DNA of 64,000 nt from Octopus sinensis. Taxonomy: Eukaryota. Every line of letters begins with the position of its first letter. Position 1 is the stretch's first letter. A program made the translations under genes and the position numbers. The notes under the pieces were generated by a model that saw nothing but the letters and a program-made list of their open reading frames with translations, did no database searches and had not been told where the DNA came from. The DNA lies in contig NC_043015.1 of assembly GCF_006345805.1 (NCBI RefSeq), forward strand, positions 22,134,001-22,198,000. Direction: 5' to 3'. This document shows, piece by piece, positions 1 through 13,810 of the stretch.

Positions 1-204
1 AGTATAGTGGATCGTGAAAGAATATTTAATAAACAGAATACCACGAGGATATTACTTTATTCAATAACAGTCGACCTTTTGTTTCTACGATGCAAAAACA
101 TTTTCATGCGCATATAAACTTAGTCAAAGTCATGCATACACACATTTCCCTCTATGTATTTATAAATATAGAAAAATTTACATATGTTCATACACACACG
201 CTAA

Positions 205-275
<71 letters not shown>

Positions 276-384
276 ATATATATATGTGTATTTATATGTA
301 TTTATATATATGTATATATATATATATCTATATATATATATATATATATATGTATACATATTTACATAGATATAGATATATATA

Positions 385-436
<52 letters not shown>

Positions 437-511
437 ACATATTTACATAGATATAGATATATATATACATATATATATATGTAGAAATTCACTCCGAGTA
501 ACAGGTTTTAT

Positions 512-597
<86 letters not shown>

Positions 598-625
598 GTG
601 TGTGTGTGTATGTGTGTGTGCGTGT
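205..625. repeat. (TA)n/(TG)n compound microsatellite
   Basis: Direct reading; explains the YI/IY-rich ORFs at 90-661. Confidence 0.95.
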
Positions 626-1026
626 GTAAGAACTGCAGGAATTTGTACCCTCTTTCAGCAATTCTTTCTGCTTTACTATTTAATCATGAAGAGATGAAGA
701 AAACTTTGAGCCCTTTCATGTTCCACTCTACCGAATTTCGCACAAGGGACAGAGAAAGAAAATGGGCTAAAACAGCTCACGTTTGGGAACTTTTATGGTG
801 ATTTGTTAAGAGAAACCTGAAATAGAGCACATTGTTCCATGATATGGAGTAGAGGTCGAACCCACGCATGTATGATGATGAAGCTACAATTTATAAAGTG
901 TAGAGCACACCTTTTCAAGATAATACACCCAGAAACACAAATACACGCAAACACATACACACATACACACACTCGCTTGTAGACACACACACGGGCGCGC
1001 AGACACACATAAATACTGATCCCCCC

Positions 1027-1071
<45 letters not shown>

Positions 1072-1453
1072 CGCATATACAACGGCTTTCTTCCACTTCT
1101 ACAAAATCCACTGTTTGTGTGGCTGTATGGGTTCGCATCTATGCGCTTTATATAGTTTTATTTTATCTGTCTGTTTCACATTTATCACAGGTGTGTGGCA
1201 GATATTTATATACTCTTATGAATATACACATATCAGTCTATTTCTCTATATATTTCTTATTTATATACACACACACCCAAACGCACACGCATGAAAGTTT
1301 ATGGACAACCATACGATGTCAACAACACAAATAACACGGTCAGCAGCAGCCGCAGTACCGACGATTGCATCAACAGCGACTACAATGATGGCAACATTGT
1401 GTGCGAACGCACATGCACTGAGAATTATAAGAACTATACCATTTTATTCTCAG

Positions 1454-1480
1454 GTCTTAGGACAGCAGCAGCACAATGGG
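1454..1480 (+). CDS. Possible 27-nt microexon (VLGQQQHNG in phase 0)
   Basis: Acceptor ccattttattctcAG, donor GGG|gtgagc, length divisible by 3, but it sits in a CAR-rich low-complexity tract. Confidence 0.2.
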
Positions 1481-1733
1481 GTGAGCGGATGGGGCTGAGG
1501 GGAAGACCACACTACTGCTAAAAATTATGACACGCACACAGAGACAACATCTATTGAAAGGGTTGCACGATGCAAAGAAAATTTAGAAAAATAAAGAAGG
1601 AAATGAGTGGAAATTTTACCTGTGACTCTGTTAAATTATAAGCCACTAAAAGAGAATGACTCTACCAAGACAAAACAGAATATGCTTCAACACACGAGCA
1701 TACATAAAGAATCTTGAAGAACAAATCCAGAGA

Positions 1734-1802
<69 letters not shown>

Positions 1803-1805
<3 letters not shown>

Positions 1806-3061
1806 GGGCTGGACAAAATAATGGAAACATCTAGCATCATAGCATCATAATTTTGAAATATCTATAAACCGCCAAAAGCTTGTCTATTTTTAGGTTTCTT
1901 GATTTATTATTAGTATTGCTTAAAGTTTTGCTAAAATTTCTGTTTCTTTTCAGATATCATCAGAAAAATGTAATTAAAATTCATTAAAGCCACAGATCTA
2001 TCAGACTTTGAAATAGGTCAAATTGTTGGTGCTCGTATGACACGCGCTAGCATAATGAAAAGCAGCCGAAGTGTTTGGTGTATCAAGAATTACTGTCTCG
2101 AAAGTAATGACAGCGTTTGAAAAAGAGGGAAAAACCTCGTCGATAAAAAATCCGGAAGAAAACCAAAGCTTTCAGATAGGGCCTGTCAGACTATTACGGG
2201 AATTGTTCGAAAGGATCACAAAAGTGCAGCTCCCAAAATTATTGCAACACTTAATGACCACCTCGAGACCCAGCTTCCCCAAAAACTCTTCACCAGAAGC
2301 TGCACAAAACCGGATTCACGGGACGGCTACAATCAGAAAACCACTACTTTCAAAAACAAACGTTGCAAAGCGTTTAGAGTGGAGTCAAATCCTACTGAAT
2401 TGGTCCCTAGAGCAGTGGAAGAATGTTATAATCTCAGGCAAGTCATCTTTTTCCTTATTTCCGACCACCGATCGAGTATACATGTGGAGACAGCCAAAAG
2501 ATGCATTTGACCCAAACTGCGTTCTTTGAACTGTTAAAATGGAGGAGGATCTCTGATGATCGGGAGGGCTATATCTTGGAACTCCACTGGCCCAATGGTT
2601 CCCATCATGGCAGATTTAATAGTCGAGACTATTCAAGAATCTTATCTGATCAAGTTCATCCTATGTTTGCGGAACTTTTTCCGGAGGGAATTGCATCCTT
2701 CAGGAGGATAATGCACCAATTCACACAGCTAAAGTCGTCACTGAACGGCACGAGAGACTTTCTAGTGAGGTTAAACATCTTATCTGGCCACTGCAGACAC
2801 CAGATCAAAATCTTATTGAACATTTATGGTGCATTTTAGAACAAGTAAGGAGTAGATATCATTCACCACCATCACTACAAGAACTGGAGACTGTTTTAGC
2901 TGAAGAATGGACAAAAATTACTTTGGAAACAATTCAAACATTGTACAAGTCCATACCTTATAGAATTCAAGCTGTAATTACTGCCAAAGGCGGTCCTACC
3001 CCATAAGGAAGTGAATTTGTTTGAAATTTTAAGGTGTTTCCATTATTTTGTCCAACCCCTG
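1803..3061 (+). mobile_element. Full-length Tc1-family DNA transposon (about 1.26 kb) inserted in a (TA)n tract
   Basis: 27-bp TIRs CAGGGGCTGGACAAAATAATGGAAACA (1803-1829) and TGTTTCCATTATTTTGTCCAACCCCTG (3035-3061), 1 mismatch; TA on both flanks. Confidence 0.97.
1992..3006 (+). pseudogene. Tc1-type DDE transposase, frameshifted
   Basis: Across frames: DLSDFEIGQIVGAR, ATIRKPLLSKTNVAKRLEW, WKNVIISGKSSF, FQEDNAPIHTAK, WPLQTPDQNLIEHLW, RIQAVITAKGGPTP*; start codon lost, several frameshifts. Confidence 0.93.
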
Positions 3062-3104
3062 TATACGTACATACATACATACATACATACATACATACAT
3101 ACAT

Positions 3105-3189
<85 letters not shown>

Positions 3190-3267
3190 ATATATATATA
3201 TATAATATATATATATATATAATATATATATATACTTTATTTAAAGCAGCAGAAAATTCAACAGAAC

Positions 3268-3306
3268 TTGTTACTCTGAGTTTCCCGTTGCCGTTCATCG
3301 GACAGT
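3268..3306 (-). ncRNA. Minimal hammerhead ribozyme motif, family B
   Basis: Minus strand: ctgt CCGATGA a cggcaacg g GAAA CTCAGAG TA acaag; near-palindromic stem III, GUA triplet. Confidence 0.65.
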
Positions 3307-3316
3307 TTTTGCAAAA

Positions 3317-3355
3317 ACTGTCCGAAGAACGGCAACGGGAATCTCAGAGTAAAAA
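3317..3355 (+). ncRNA. Minimal hammerhead motif, family B, mutated (GAAT for GAAA)
   Basis: ctgt CCGAAGA a cggcaacg g GAAT CTCAGAG TA aaaag. Confidence 0.45.
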
Positions 3356-3457
3356 GTTTTGTTGAAGTTTCTGGTGCTTTAAATAAAGCATATTACTCTA
3401 GCACTGGTATTTGAGTACTCTTTTTTCCATCTTGTTTCACATTTATGTGTTTACTCC

Positions 3458-3509
<52 letters not shown>

Positions 3510-5649
3510 CATATATTTATATATATATATATGTATGTATATGTATATATGTATGTATGTACGTATGTATGTATGTATGTATGGGTATATTTGTATATAT
3601 ACATGAAAAGAGAGCGAGAGAAAACTGACAGAAATAGAAGCAAACAGACAAACAGACAGACAGATAGAGAAGTAGAGAGAGAGAGAGAGAAAGAGGGATC
3701 TGTAGAGACAACTCCAAATTATAAATTTTACTGTGGGCGTAACTCGAATTACTAAAGACTTAACAATGTTACAGTAAAATACCGATCTTATAACTCTTGG
3801 GATATTAGATGTTTGGGAGAGAAGGAGTCGGAAGGAATAAGTATAACAAGGGTTATTGCGGAGGTCTTTTGTACTTTGCAAAATAACAGAACTCAAATTA
3901 TATTGCCAATTTAAATAGGACTAAATGTAAATTTTGAGGACATGAATAAAATAATTAAAAGAACACGAAGTATATTTTATTGTGAAATGAGATTTTTCTC
4001 ATGGATTTATACATATATAAATATATATATTTATACATATATATACATATATATATATATGCATACATATATAAATATACATATATACATATATATGCAT
4101 ACATGTATATAATATATATATATATATATCTGTCTATCTATTTATTTAACTATCTATCTATGTATGTATATATATCCATATATAGAGATATATAGATAGA
4201 TAGACAGACTGATATATATATTATATACTCCATACATATATATATATATATGTATATATGTACACATATGTCTGTATATATATACACATAAATAAATATA
4301 TATAAATTATATTCATATATATGCGTATATGTATATTGCATTGCGTGTCACAGTTAGAATGCTGAACACTATTATTTATGAAACATGATATTTTCCATTT
4401 CTTTTTCTCTGTGATATCCTCGAAACTATTGCAAAACAAGTATCTGTTGAATGAATTATAAACTAGGCGTCACTTAATTAAAGAGATTTACTATGGTATC
4501 AGTACACATTTATGTTAATGTTGTTTCATTCTCTGTCTTCCAAATTGTCTCATTCTGTTACAAAACGTTTAGTCTTAAGGGAAGAAACACTTATAATGTG
4601 TTACGTCCAGTATTTTGGTTGTGAAATTTAAGAGACAAATTTAACATCTATGAAGGTTGCTGCTAAACATCGGCATTTAAAATGCCGGTAATGTATTGAA
4701 ATTCTCACTTAGTTCTTTAGTGGAATGAATAATGCAACTGTCCTTATGCATTTCGAAGTGGAATATATAATAAAAATATAAAACTGAAGGTTGAGATGAG
4801 TAAGATAAAGGAAAAAATAGAAAAACAGTAAAAATTGTAGTTAAATCTGAGATTAACATATCATCAGGAAATTAATAATACTTGAAGAAACGGCTGAAAT
4901 ATATACATTTGGTCTTCAGTTAAAAAAAAAATTAAAATTAGATTAATATCTTATGTGGATGGATGTGTTCAATGTTATGTCCGATATTTGATTCGATTTG
5001 CTAAATTAACTTTCTAAATATTACAGGTTGGTCGCATTCACATTAAACTCATATAAATATATATGTGATGTAATGGTAATAAACTGCTTTTAAGTTTGAC
5101 ATCTACAGCTTTTCAAAACCGCACAGAGATAAAAACGTTGTCGTAAAAATTAGATTTGTAGCAGAAGATTTAAAGTCACGTTTAGTAAGGTATTAAATAG
5201 TAACATATGCCCGGGCAAGCGTATTTTATGTTAAAATGATAACATTGGTTGAAATCTTTGTAGAATGCAATAATATTCGGAGAAGAAATCAGTTTAGAAA
5301 TTAAAAAAAATAATACAGCTGAAATTTCGGGGGGGGGGGAGTTACTCTAACACTTTGACGACATCATTTGAAAATAATTGATTTTAGCCTGAAATTTGTA
5401 AGCTTTCTTTGTGAGGTAATGTCACAGAGTAATTGGAAAAGTATCGCGATTGCAATAAGCAGCAAAACTTTTGAAATGTTCTCTACGAATCTCAATGAAC
5501 GTGCCATAGGCCACAACCAAATGCATTCGCGAACGGTGAAAAATTTGCATCCTAGTACTTTGGAGATTTTCTGACAATTTCGTGGAGATCTCCAAATGAA
5601 AAAGAATATACAAGGTATATTCTTTTCTATTCTAGGCACAAGGCCCGAC

Positions 5650-5775
5650 ATTTTTTTGGGGGGACCAGTCGGTTAGATCGACCCTAGCACGCAACTGGTA
5701 CTAAATTTATCGACCGCGAAGGGATGAAAGGCAAAGTCGACCTCGGTGTAATATGAACTCCGAATGCAAAGACAA
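5650..5775 (-). mobile_element. SINE family A fragment
   Basis: Reverse complement of gaggtcgactttgcctttcatccc..cggtcgataaatttagtaccagttg, matching the complete copy at 59526. Confidence 0.8.
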
Positions 5776-6067
5776 TGTTATATTATCTCTCTCAGGAGAT
5801 TATATAAAGTATTGCTGAAAATCATTGCCCGATTAAAGGATACATCTAACTCATATATATATAAGTACCTACCTCTTTTCAGTATGTTGATCCAAAAAAT
5901 AACAGAATCTGGAATGTTTTAACTCTCTTAGTTTTAACTAAGGCGACGGAGAACATTCACATTATTTCTAGATACACATCATCATCCTCATAATCATCAT
6001 CCTCACTATTGCTGTTGTTGCTTTTATTATTGTTATTGTTGTTATCATTATCGTCGTGAATATTATT

Positions 6068-6152
6068 AAGGCGGCGGGCTGGTAGAATCAGCACGGCACC
6101 TCATCCGTGGTCGGCATTACCTTTCATCCTTTAGGGGCTTGTAATTAAGCAC
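6068..6152 (+). mobile_element. SINE family A, internally deleted old copy
   Basis: ggcggcgggctggtagaatc head followed by cctttcatcctttagggg. Confidence 0.55.
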
Positions 6153-7089
6153 AATTCAAATAATTGTGTTGATATAATCGAGAAGACCAGTGCCGCCAAA
6201 TTTTCAAGCGTTGTCCCATCAGTGGAAATCATTTTAATTATTAATATATTTTTGCTTTCTTTCGTTGTTCTTATCTTTATCATCAATTGTCAGAATTAAG
6301 CCTACCAAACTTTCCAGTATTGAGGCTCACTGAACTTGTAAATTCAAGAAGGCTTACTGTTCAACTCCTTACAAGGCAACACGTTTTAAAGAGAGAAAGA
6401 ACCGTAATGTCTCTATAAATTTTCAAATTGTTTGAGAAAAGTCACACCCTTTAAACTTTTATAGTGATTTCAAAGGAGACTTCTTTTAACAGTCTGTTTT
6501 CAGTTTTGTAGTTATTCTTCCTTTTCAATGCTGATCCCTTTGTTGTTGTTGGTAAGCTGCTAAAAGTGCTGATAGATTTGAAGATTTGATTTGTGTCTGC
6601 CGCTTTTACAGGGTAACAGAAACGTTTGAGGTGGTCAAACCGCTGCACTCATTAGATATAATATCCTCTATTATTACCAACATTTTTAATGTGTTTTCAA
6701 TATGGAACTGATAAATAGTTACAATGTTTTCAGATGTGATTCGAAACTAAATCTCAGAGCAGGAGTCACAGTCAATTATTGACAATATTACGACTCCAGC
6801 TTTACTAGGAAGCTGTGAATCGTCGCTTAGGTGTAACAATGACACACACAAGTACAAATTTGATTAAGTTCTCGCAAGCTATAGTGAAGAAATTTTCATG
6901 TATTTGGAAGAAGTCTGCCACTGACCAACAATGTCCCTCGTTTTTAATATGCCATATGATCTTCCTGAATCTTTCCATGTATCTTATTATCGAAGAGAAA
7001 GGTTTTGTAATATTCCTTTTGCTTTACATGTTTAAGTGGTCTTATTTCTTAACAATGGCTCATCCTGGAGTCACTAAATACATGAATTA

Positions 7090-7900
7090 AACAAGGCTGA
7101 ACGAGACAAATAACACAATAGACATTGATATGTCAGCTGTGTGTCTAATGAGTAATGATTATAATATCATCCACTGGATGTCTAATGAATTAGGAAAGAA
7201 CAACTCTATTTACATAACAACAGTCACAATATTGTATCGAAAGTTAAGAAGTCTGTACACACATTAGAATATTAAATAGATTTAAATGAATGATATAACG
7301 TAAGGGTAATTAGAAGAGTTTAATTAACATAAACACATAAAAAAAAAGAATACAAAGAATGCAAATAAATGAAAATGGGAGGATATGGGAAAAACAACTA
7401 AAGTGATATTGATATTCTGAAGTTAGTATAAAAATAAAGCTAAGCTAAATCGCTAACTAGAAAAGTCCTTACATTATAAATGCTACACAAAATTAAGCAG
7501 GGAAAAATATATAAAGCAAAATTCGCAACACTGCCTGGGAAAGATGTTGATCAAAGATTAGCCTGAAGGTTTCTCGTTTGTGACAAAAAATCTAACACAA
7601 CAGACGTATAATGAAGCTGAACACATTCAGTAATTGTAGAAGACGTTTATTGAGATGGTCCATGTAACATCATTGTCTCTGTTGGGCCATTTATAATCAA
7701 GAGAAAATTACTTTAAAGACCATAGGGCGTTGGTCCGAGCATAGAATAGAAAATATACCAGCGGAAATAAGGTGATTATAACCTACGCGAGAAATTGTAC
7801 TGAGAAATTTGCAAAGGAACTCGAGTCTGGAATTTGCCAATCCACACAGTAATGGCGATGAAAATAACTTGAGTGAATAATGTTGTTAAAGACAAGTACT
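7090..7900 (+). mobile_element. Possible highly decayed R4/Dong-like LINE, pre-RT region
   Basis: Short peptide echoes (LNETNNTI, WAIYNQEK..W..IENI) upstream of the clearer RT piece at 8510; many stops. Confidence 0.3.
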
Positions 7901-8269
7901 TCCTAATCAATGTCACTATTCATATTGGACGATAATATACAACTGAAATGAATGGGTAAATTTATCGAAATCATTAGAATTTGGAAATGAAATTCACGAG
8001 AACACAGGAAGAGCAAACAGGAGGGGATCTTTAAATGGTCAAAATACGATACAGATAAATGCATTCTCAGAAACCTCAAAAGTATAAATATACACAATAC
8101 ATAGAGAATAAAGCTTTTTGATCCTGCGCTGATATCTAAATAGACTTCATTAAATGCAGCAGATTATACAAAACCGAAACAAAATACTACACGTGCCGAA
8201 AGGATCGTTGACTTCCGCTTGGTTGATCAGTAAAACACACGCTGTAATACTAATAACAATAACAGTTGT

Positions 8270-8294
8270 CGTCGTCGTCGTAGTAGTAGTAGTA

Positions 8295-8341
<47 letters not shown>

Positions 8342-8440
8342 TATTATTATAATTATAATAATAATAATGATAATAATAATAATGCTGATGATGACGATAA
8401 CAGCAATAACAACAATAGTAACAATATCAATAACAATAAT
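8270..8440. repeat. (GTC)/(GTA)/(AAT)n trinucleotide array
   Basis: Direct reading. Confidence 0.95.
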
Positions 8441-8509
8441 ATCCATACTGTGAAATAATAGCAGACGTGGTAATCGTTCGTGTTGGCTATATTGGCAATC
8501 TGTGTTGAC

Positions 8510-8860
8510 GGCCTGCTGTAAACGATAAACAACTGAAAACACTTAGAGTTTGAAAGATTCTGTGGGGAAATTAGCATGGAATTAGATTTGGAGAAATGCA
8601 CCAAAGCCACACAGACGAAAAACAATATAGATGTATATTGTTAAATAAGGAAACGAAGATAAGAGAATTAGACCAACGACAGACCTTACTGATGATTAAG
8701 AAATTAATGAACGAGACAGAGTACAACTGAAGCTAAGTCAATTAGCAAGACTAGAAAGAAAATAGTATAAGAAAATAATGACATCATTTAAAATGCACAA
8801 CCTATAAGCCAAGTGAGGGCGATTAGATTATCCGTATCAAGAAAGCCGGAAGGTAGGGTT
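8510..8860 (+). mobile_element. R4/Dong-like non-LTR retrotransposon RT C-terminal fragment, decayed
   Basis: NDKQLKTL, EISMELDLEKCTKAT (cf. DIGMEFGLDKCAKAT), KETKIRELDQRQT, KIMTSFKMHNL. Confidence 0.6.
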
Positions 8861-9338
8861 CTCTCCCTCTCTCTCCTATCCTATCTCTCTATCATACACA
8901 CACACATCCTCTCCCTCTCCCTCCATCTTACTGTATTATATATATGCATATATATATATATAGATATATATATACATGTGTGTGTGTGTATATGTACATA
9001 CACACACACATATATATAAGCATGTATACATATATATACAAACACATATATATATTTATGTATGTATATAATTATTGTAAAATTATAATAATAGAAACGA
9101 ATGCTAAACACAGAAAGCGATACGCGAATAATGTTGAAAACAATGCTGTTTCACGGAAGCTAGTTCAAACTACAAGGTAAACTAAAACTGTTCGTGGAAA
9201 GTTTGAAGAAATGTATTAAAGAAAAGAACTGAATTTAAGATATAAATTACAGTTTAATGCCACTCGAAGAAGAGCCCATACTCTACTACCCTGAGAATGA
9301 CGGTATCTAATAGATAATAACACTGTAGAAACTATGAG

Positions 9339-9408
9339 TTCCAGGTTTCAAAGCTGTGATGGAGTAACTCCATATTATGGCGTCAGATTACAGCTTTTTC
9401 ATCAGGAA
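9339..9408 (-). ncRNA. Decayed hammerhead-like motif
   Basis: Minus: ttc CTGATGA a aaagctgt [32 nt] acagcttt GAAA CC TG gaa; perfect 8-bp stem II, but stem III and the cleavage triplet are non-functional as written. Confidence 0.35.
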
Positions 9409-9854
9409 TGAAAGGAAAGTAAATATTAGTTTACAGTATGAAAACGGTGATGGATGAGAAAAATGAATTTGTTATATTGTTTTTATTTACCCGGGTTTAG
9501 GAAGCATAAAGTGTATGAAAAGAAAAAAATTAGTGATTGAATACAATACCAACTTTGGTAGAATAACGTGTTATATACAATATTTTAGCGGAACAAATGT
9601 ACATAAGGAAACGATTCATACGATTCAACTTTTTTCGTACAAAGGTATATGACTATAGACAGAAATATGTTATTAGATTTAGCGTTAGCATCATTCAAAA
9701 CCGCCAGGAAAATATCACGATAGCATTACGTAGAGACATAAATGCTGGGCTGGCAGTGTGGGAAGAAACTTACTTTCCAGCCATGGTTTTGGGTATAGTC
9801 AAAATGTCGGGATTCTTAGGCAAATATCTTCTGCTATAATTTCGTACGAACGAA

Positions 9855-9907
9855 AGCCAGACGTGGGGGCAGATTTGGTAGTAATAAAAAGTGAAAGCAG
9901 CCCGTTG

Positions 9908-9942
<35 letters not shown>

Positions 9943-10160
9943 ATATGTATGTGTATGTGTGTGTGTCTTTGTGTGTGTGTGTGAGTGAGTGTTTGTACTT
10001 CTTTATGCATTTCTGTGTGTTACCTACCACCGTTTGACAATAGGTACTGGATTCTTTAAACCCGCGTAACTTTAGCTGATAGGCATACAGTTCGATAAAA
10101 TAAGAACTTCTTGGGGTGATTTGCCCGAATAAACATCCAAGCCAGTGCTGCATTATTGCC
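9855..10160 (+). mobile_element. SINE family B (CORE-like), old fragments either side of an internal microsatellite
   Basis: gatttggtagtaataaaaagtgaaagcagcccg core end, then ccaccgtttgacaa..ggggtgatttgcccga tail. Confidence 0.6.
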
Positions 10161-10741
10161 ACATTACAAATATTAAACTAGTAAAAATAAAAAAAAGGTG
10201 AAAGGACTACGTAAGTGCATCTATTCGTGGGTCCAGATATATTTGAATCACCTATAGTACAAGATTTGAACTTATTTTATGGATATTTAAAAAATGAAGG
10301 CATGGCAAATAACATCGCTGCATAGACCTACGGCAATAGCTCTATGCTCGGGTGTATTTAAATGCAATATCTTCAGCGTTTACATAACATGGATATGTTT
10401 GAGTAGAGGAAGATGTGAGTTCTTTCTAGCATGATTACACTCTATAAATAAAATGCATTGCTGGATTAAATTTTTCAGTTGCGACATCGTTAAGCAAAAC
10501 GAACCGACCTAAATGAACAACGTCCCAATCGCTATCATTGACCATTTTTTTATAGATAGGCGCGGTCTAAATTCGATTCAGAACACTACAGGACGAAGGC
10601 TTGAGATTATTCTCTCCTGGAGGTCGTGTACTAAAAGCTTGTGGTCATACTCCTTTGATGAGCCTACTTCTTGATACTGGATCCTTATGTTTTGGAGGGG
10701 TGATGCAGTTTTTATTACTCATACTAAGGAAGAGTTGAGCA

Positions 10742-10892
10742 TTATATCGACACCAGTGCTCAGCTGATAGGTTTTTTATCGACCCCGATAGGATAAAAGT
10801 CTAATCGATGGAATTTGAACACATAACGTAAAAAAGCGGAGAAATGCCTTTGAGCATTTTGCCCAGCTTGCTAAAAATTCTGCCAGTTCATT
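10742..10892 (-). mobile_element. SINE family A, old copy
   Basis: atcgaccccgataggataaaag..ggaatttgaac..ttgctaaaaattctgccagttc is the reverse complement of the family A head and body. Confidence 0.7.
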
Positions 10893-12019
10893 GCGTAATA
10901 TTTAATACCCACTTCTGAGATTTAATACAGTGTAATGAAACAATTATTTTTAGCATGTCGAACAACCACGTACAGGTTAAATTGGTTGGACATTGTATAA
11001 AAGTTATAAGAGTAGTTGTATGTTTACCATACAGCAATAAGTTTACAAAATAGTTTTCTATGTCTGTGTGTTTTAAAATTACCGAAAGATAAAAGGACAC
11101 GCGTTTCGCCATTCCCTTCATTATGTTATAACTGGTAAAAACCATTAAACTCAAGCTGAGAGCTTAACGACACCGCGGAATCCATAAAATGTTGCACAAA
11201 AGAGCAATACTATGTAAACCGCTTGGCAGAAAAAGCTGTGAACTAAAGCATCCGACTGCCTGCTTTCTATGTCATTCATTAATTGATATTGTATTCTGTA
11301 GTCTTCTGACGTTTTACTCTAAAGCATTAATATATGGAATTCTAAGAAATGGTACCACAATAACAAAGCTAAATTACCCACCCAAATACACACACATTCA
11401 CATATACTCATACATAAAAACTAGGTTTGATTACCAATACACTGCCAATAGTCGTACCATTTCTCTTCATCTCAAATCTATACTTCAATAATTTTTACAG
11501 CTTTTGAGAAGTACATTATGACCATCAAGTCATATTTTTCAACCAATTGACAAAATTTAGAAACTTTGAGTTAGCTAAGAAGGAAGTCATTACTAAAACT
11601 AATCAACTCCATTACGATGTTTGAATTAGATATTGCCGAGCCCGAACGGAACAAAAAATAAGGAAAAAATGAGAGAAAAAAATAAAGGTAAATAAATATA
11701 TAGATACGTAAAAGTACAATAAAATGAAATAGCAATGCTGAATGTCAAGTGGTTAATATAGAGAAAAATGTAATTCTTTTCTGTTACCTCAAATTGCTTG
11801 AACATTTGAAAATATATGTAGATAGATATTTTTAGAAATACTGTTGTATGTTTTCTTTTTGTCTAATTTTCTTATTCTTCAGACAGAATACAAATAAGTG
11901 TATTGCTGTACCTGAATTATCAAATATGACTGTTATTGAAGTTAATAATTTGATATTATGAATAAGGAATATAGAAACTAAACGAAAAAAAAATGTTTCC
12001 TCCATATTTCTCTGATCGA

Positions 12020-12962
12020 AGGGACACACGCACACATATATAAGCACACACACACACAGACACATATACACACATACAAATATATCTGTATCACTGTATA
12101 CATATTTACGTACGTGTGTGTGTCTGTATATTAATATACATACAATCACAAATACATATATGCACATGTACGTAGACAAAGGTAAGTAAAAGAAAAAGTG
12201 TTTATATATAATATATATATAATATATATATATATATGTATATATATAGATATATATATATATACATATATATGTATGTATATATACATATATATATGTA
12301 TATACACATATATGTTCATATATGTATATGCATTTATATGTGTACATATCTATATATGCATGTATATTTGTCTGTATGTGTGAGTGTGTATGTGTGTTTG
12401 TGTATGTATATACATACATATTTATGTTTGAACTATCGTTGGTGTAAGAACAATTTTACAAAGAATAATTATATTTTACATTATGCACACTCTAAAATCT
12501 TACAGTTTGGAAATGTAAAAAAAAGAGATGTATGCATGCATATAAATGTAAATATATATATACATATATTTAGATGTATATATATATATTTACATTTATA
12601 TATATATAGATACACACACATATATCTACACACACATTCATACATATAATTGCATACTCATACGTATGTAAGTGCGCATACATGTGTATGTGTGATATAC
12701 GGAAAGTGTGTCTCCAATAATGTGTACATTGGTGCGCATATATAAACAATTCCCATAAGCTTCTACCAGACATTGATTGTGTATATGTGCGTGTCTATAT
12801 TTCTCGTTCACTATGCCCATACAAATTACACATTTCTTTTACGATATTATGCAAATATTTATAGCTGTTCAAGCGGATATTGATATTCATATTCATTCAT
12901 TAAAACACACACACACACAAATACACACACACACATATATATATATACATATTTATATAGTA

Positions 12963-12993
<31 letters not shown>

Positions 12994-13028
12994 ATAATAT
13001 ATATATATTTATATACAGCCCTATAGAC

Positions 13029-13081
<53 letters not shown>

Positions 13082-13412
13082 ATACATATATATAGTCGAA
13101 TATACAAGCATATACACATGTATATATTTAAATGTACCTACGCATAAACACACATACACACACACACACACACTTATATATATCTTCTTATGCATTCGCA
13201 AACTCACAATCACTGTTAGGTGTATGCATATACGTGTGTGCAACATAAATATTGGTATATATGATACTTCACAGATACATTCACGTAGACACACGTAAAT
13301 ATATGCATAGTAATCTGTTTATAAACGTAAACGCATACACATACTTATATACAAATATATATAATCGCTTATATGTGTCTATGTATATGTGCGAGCATGG
13401 GTGCATGCATAT

Positions 13413-13489
<77 letters not shown>

Positions 13490-13725
13490 TGTATGTATGT
13501 ATATATTATATATGTATATGTGTATGTATGTATTCATGTATGTATACTGTGAAATTTTGAGGAAGACAATCTCAATAATTTGATAGATTTGTAGATGGAT
13601 ATAGATTGTACACATATTTCTATCTACTTATCTTGAAGTACAAAGCAACCAACATTTATGCATGCATATCTATCTATGTATGTATGTGTATATTTATCTA
13701 TCTCTTTCTCTCTATCTCTCTCTCT

Positions 13726-13761
<36 letters not shown>

Positions 13762-13810
13762 ATGTATATGTATACATACACACACACACACACACACACA
13801 CATATATGTA
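12020..13810. repeat. Long degenerate (TA)/(CA)/(TG) low-complexity block
   Basis: Direct reading. Confidence 0.9.

Larger units (their letters stand above)
3233..3470. mobile_element. Two PLE-type pseudo-LTR tails (family B) joined head-to-head, forming a 78-bp-arm palindrome
   Basis: Arms 3233-3310 and 3313-3390 around a GC spacer, 7 mismatches; each arm has an HHR motif followed by AATAAA; single-arm copies at 36124 and 59790. Confidence 0.8.

Noticed and set aside
40-130. Possible minus-strand hammerhead (GAAAC..GTC gactg)
   Set aside because: No CUGANGA-like core or matching stem I upstream.
90-661. Long YI/IY, LSIY, poly-I, poly-S, poly-R and poly-K ORFs here and throughout the ORF track
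   Set aside because: They are translations of (TA)n, (TATC)n, (AAT)n and (GAA)n microsatellites with no start or splice context.
6451-6700. Protein-like ORF and a possible 60-nt GT-AG mini-intron at 6552-6611
   Set aside because: No recognisable homology; flanking exons close quickly with stops; signals are weak.
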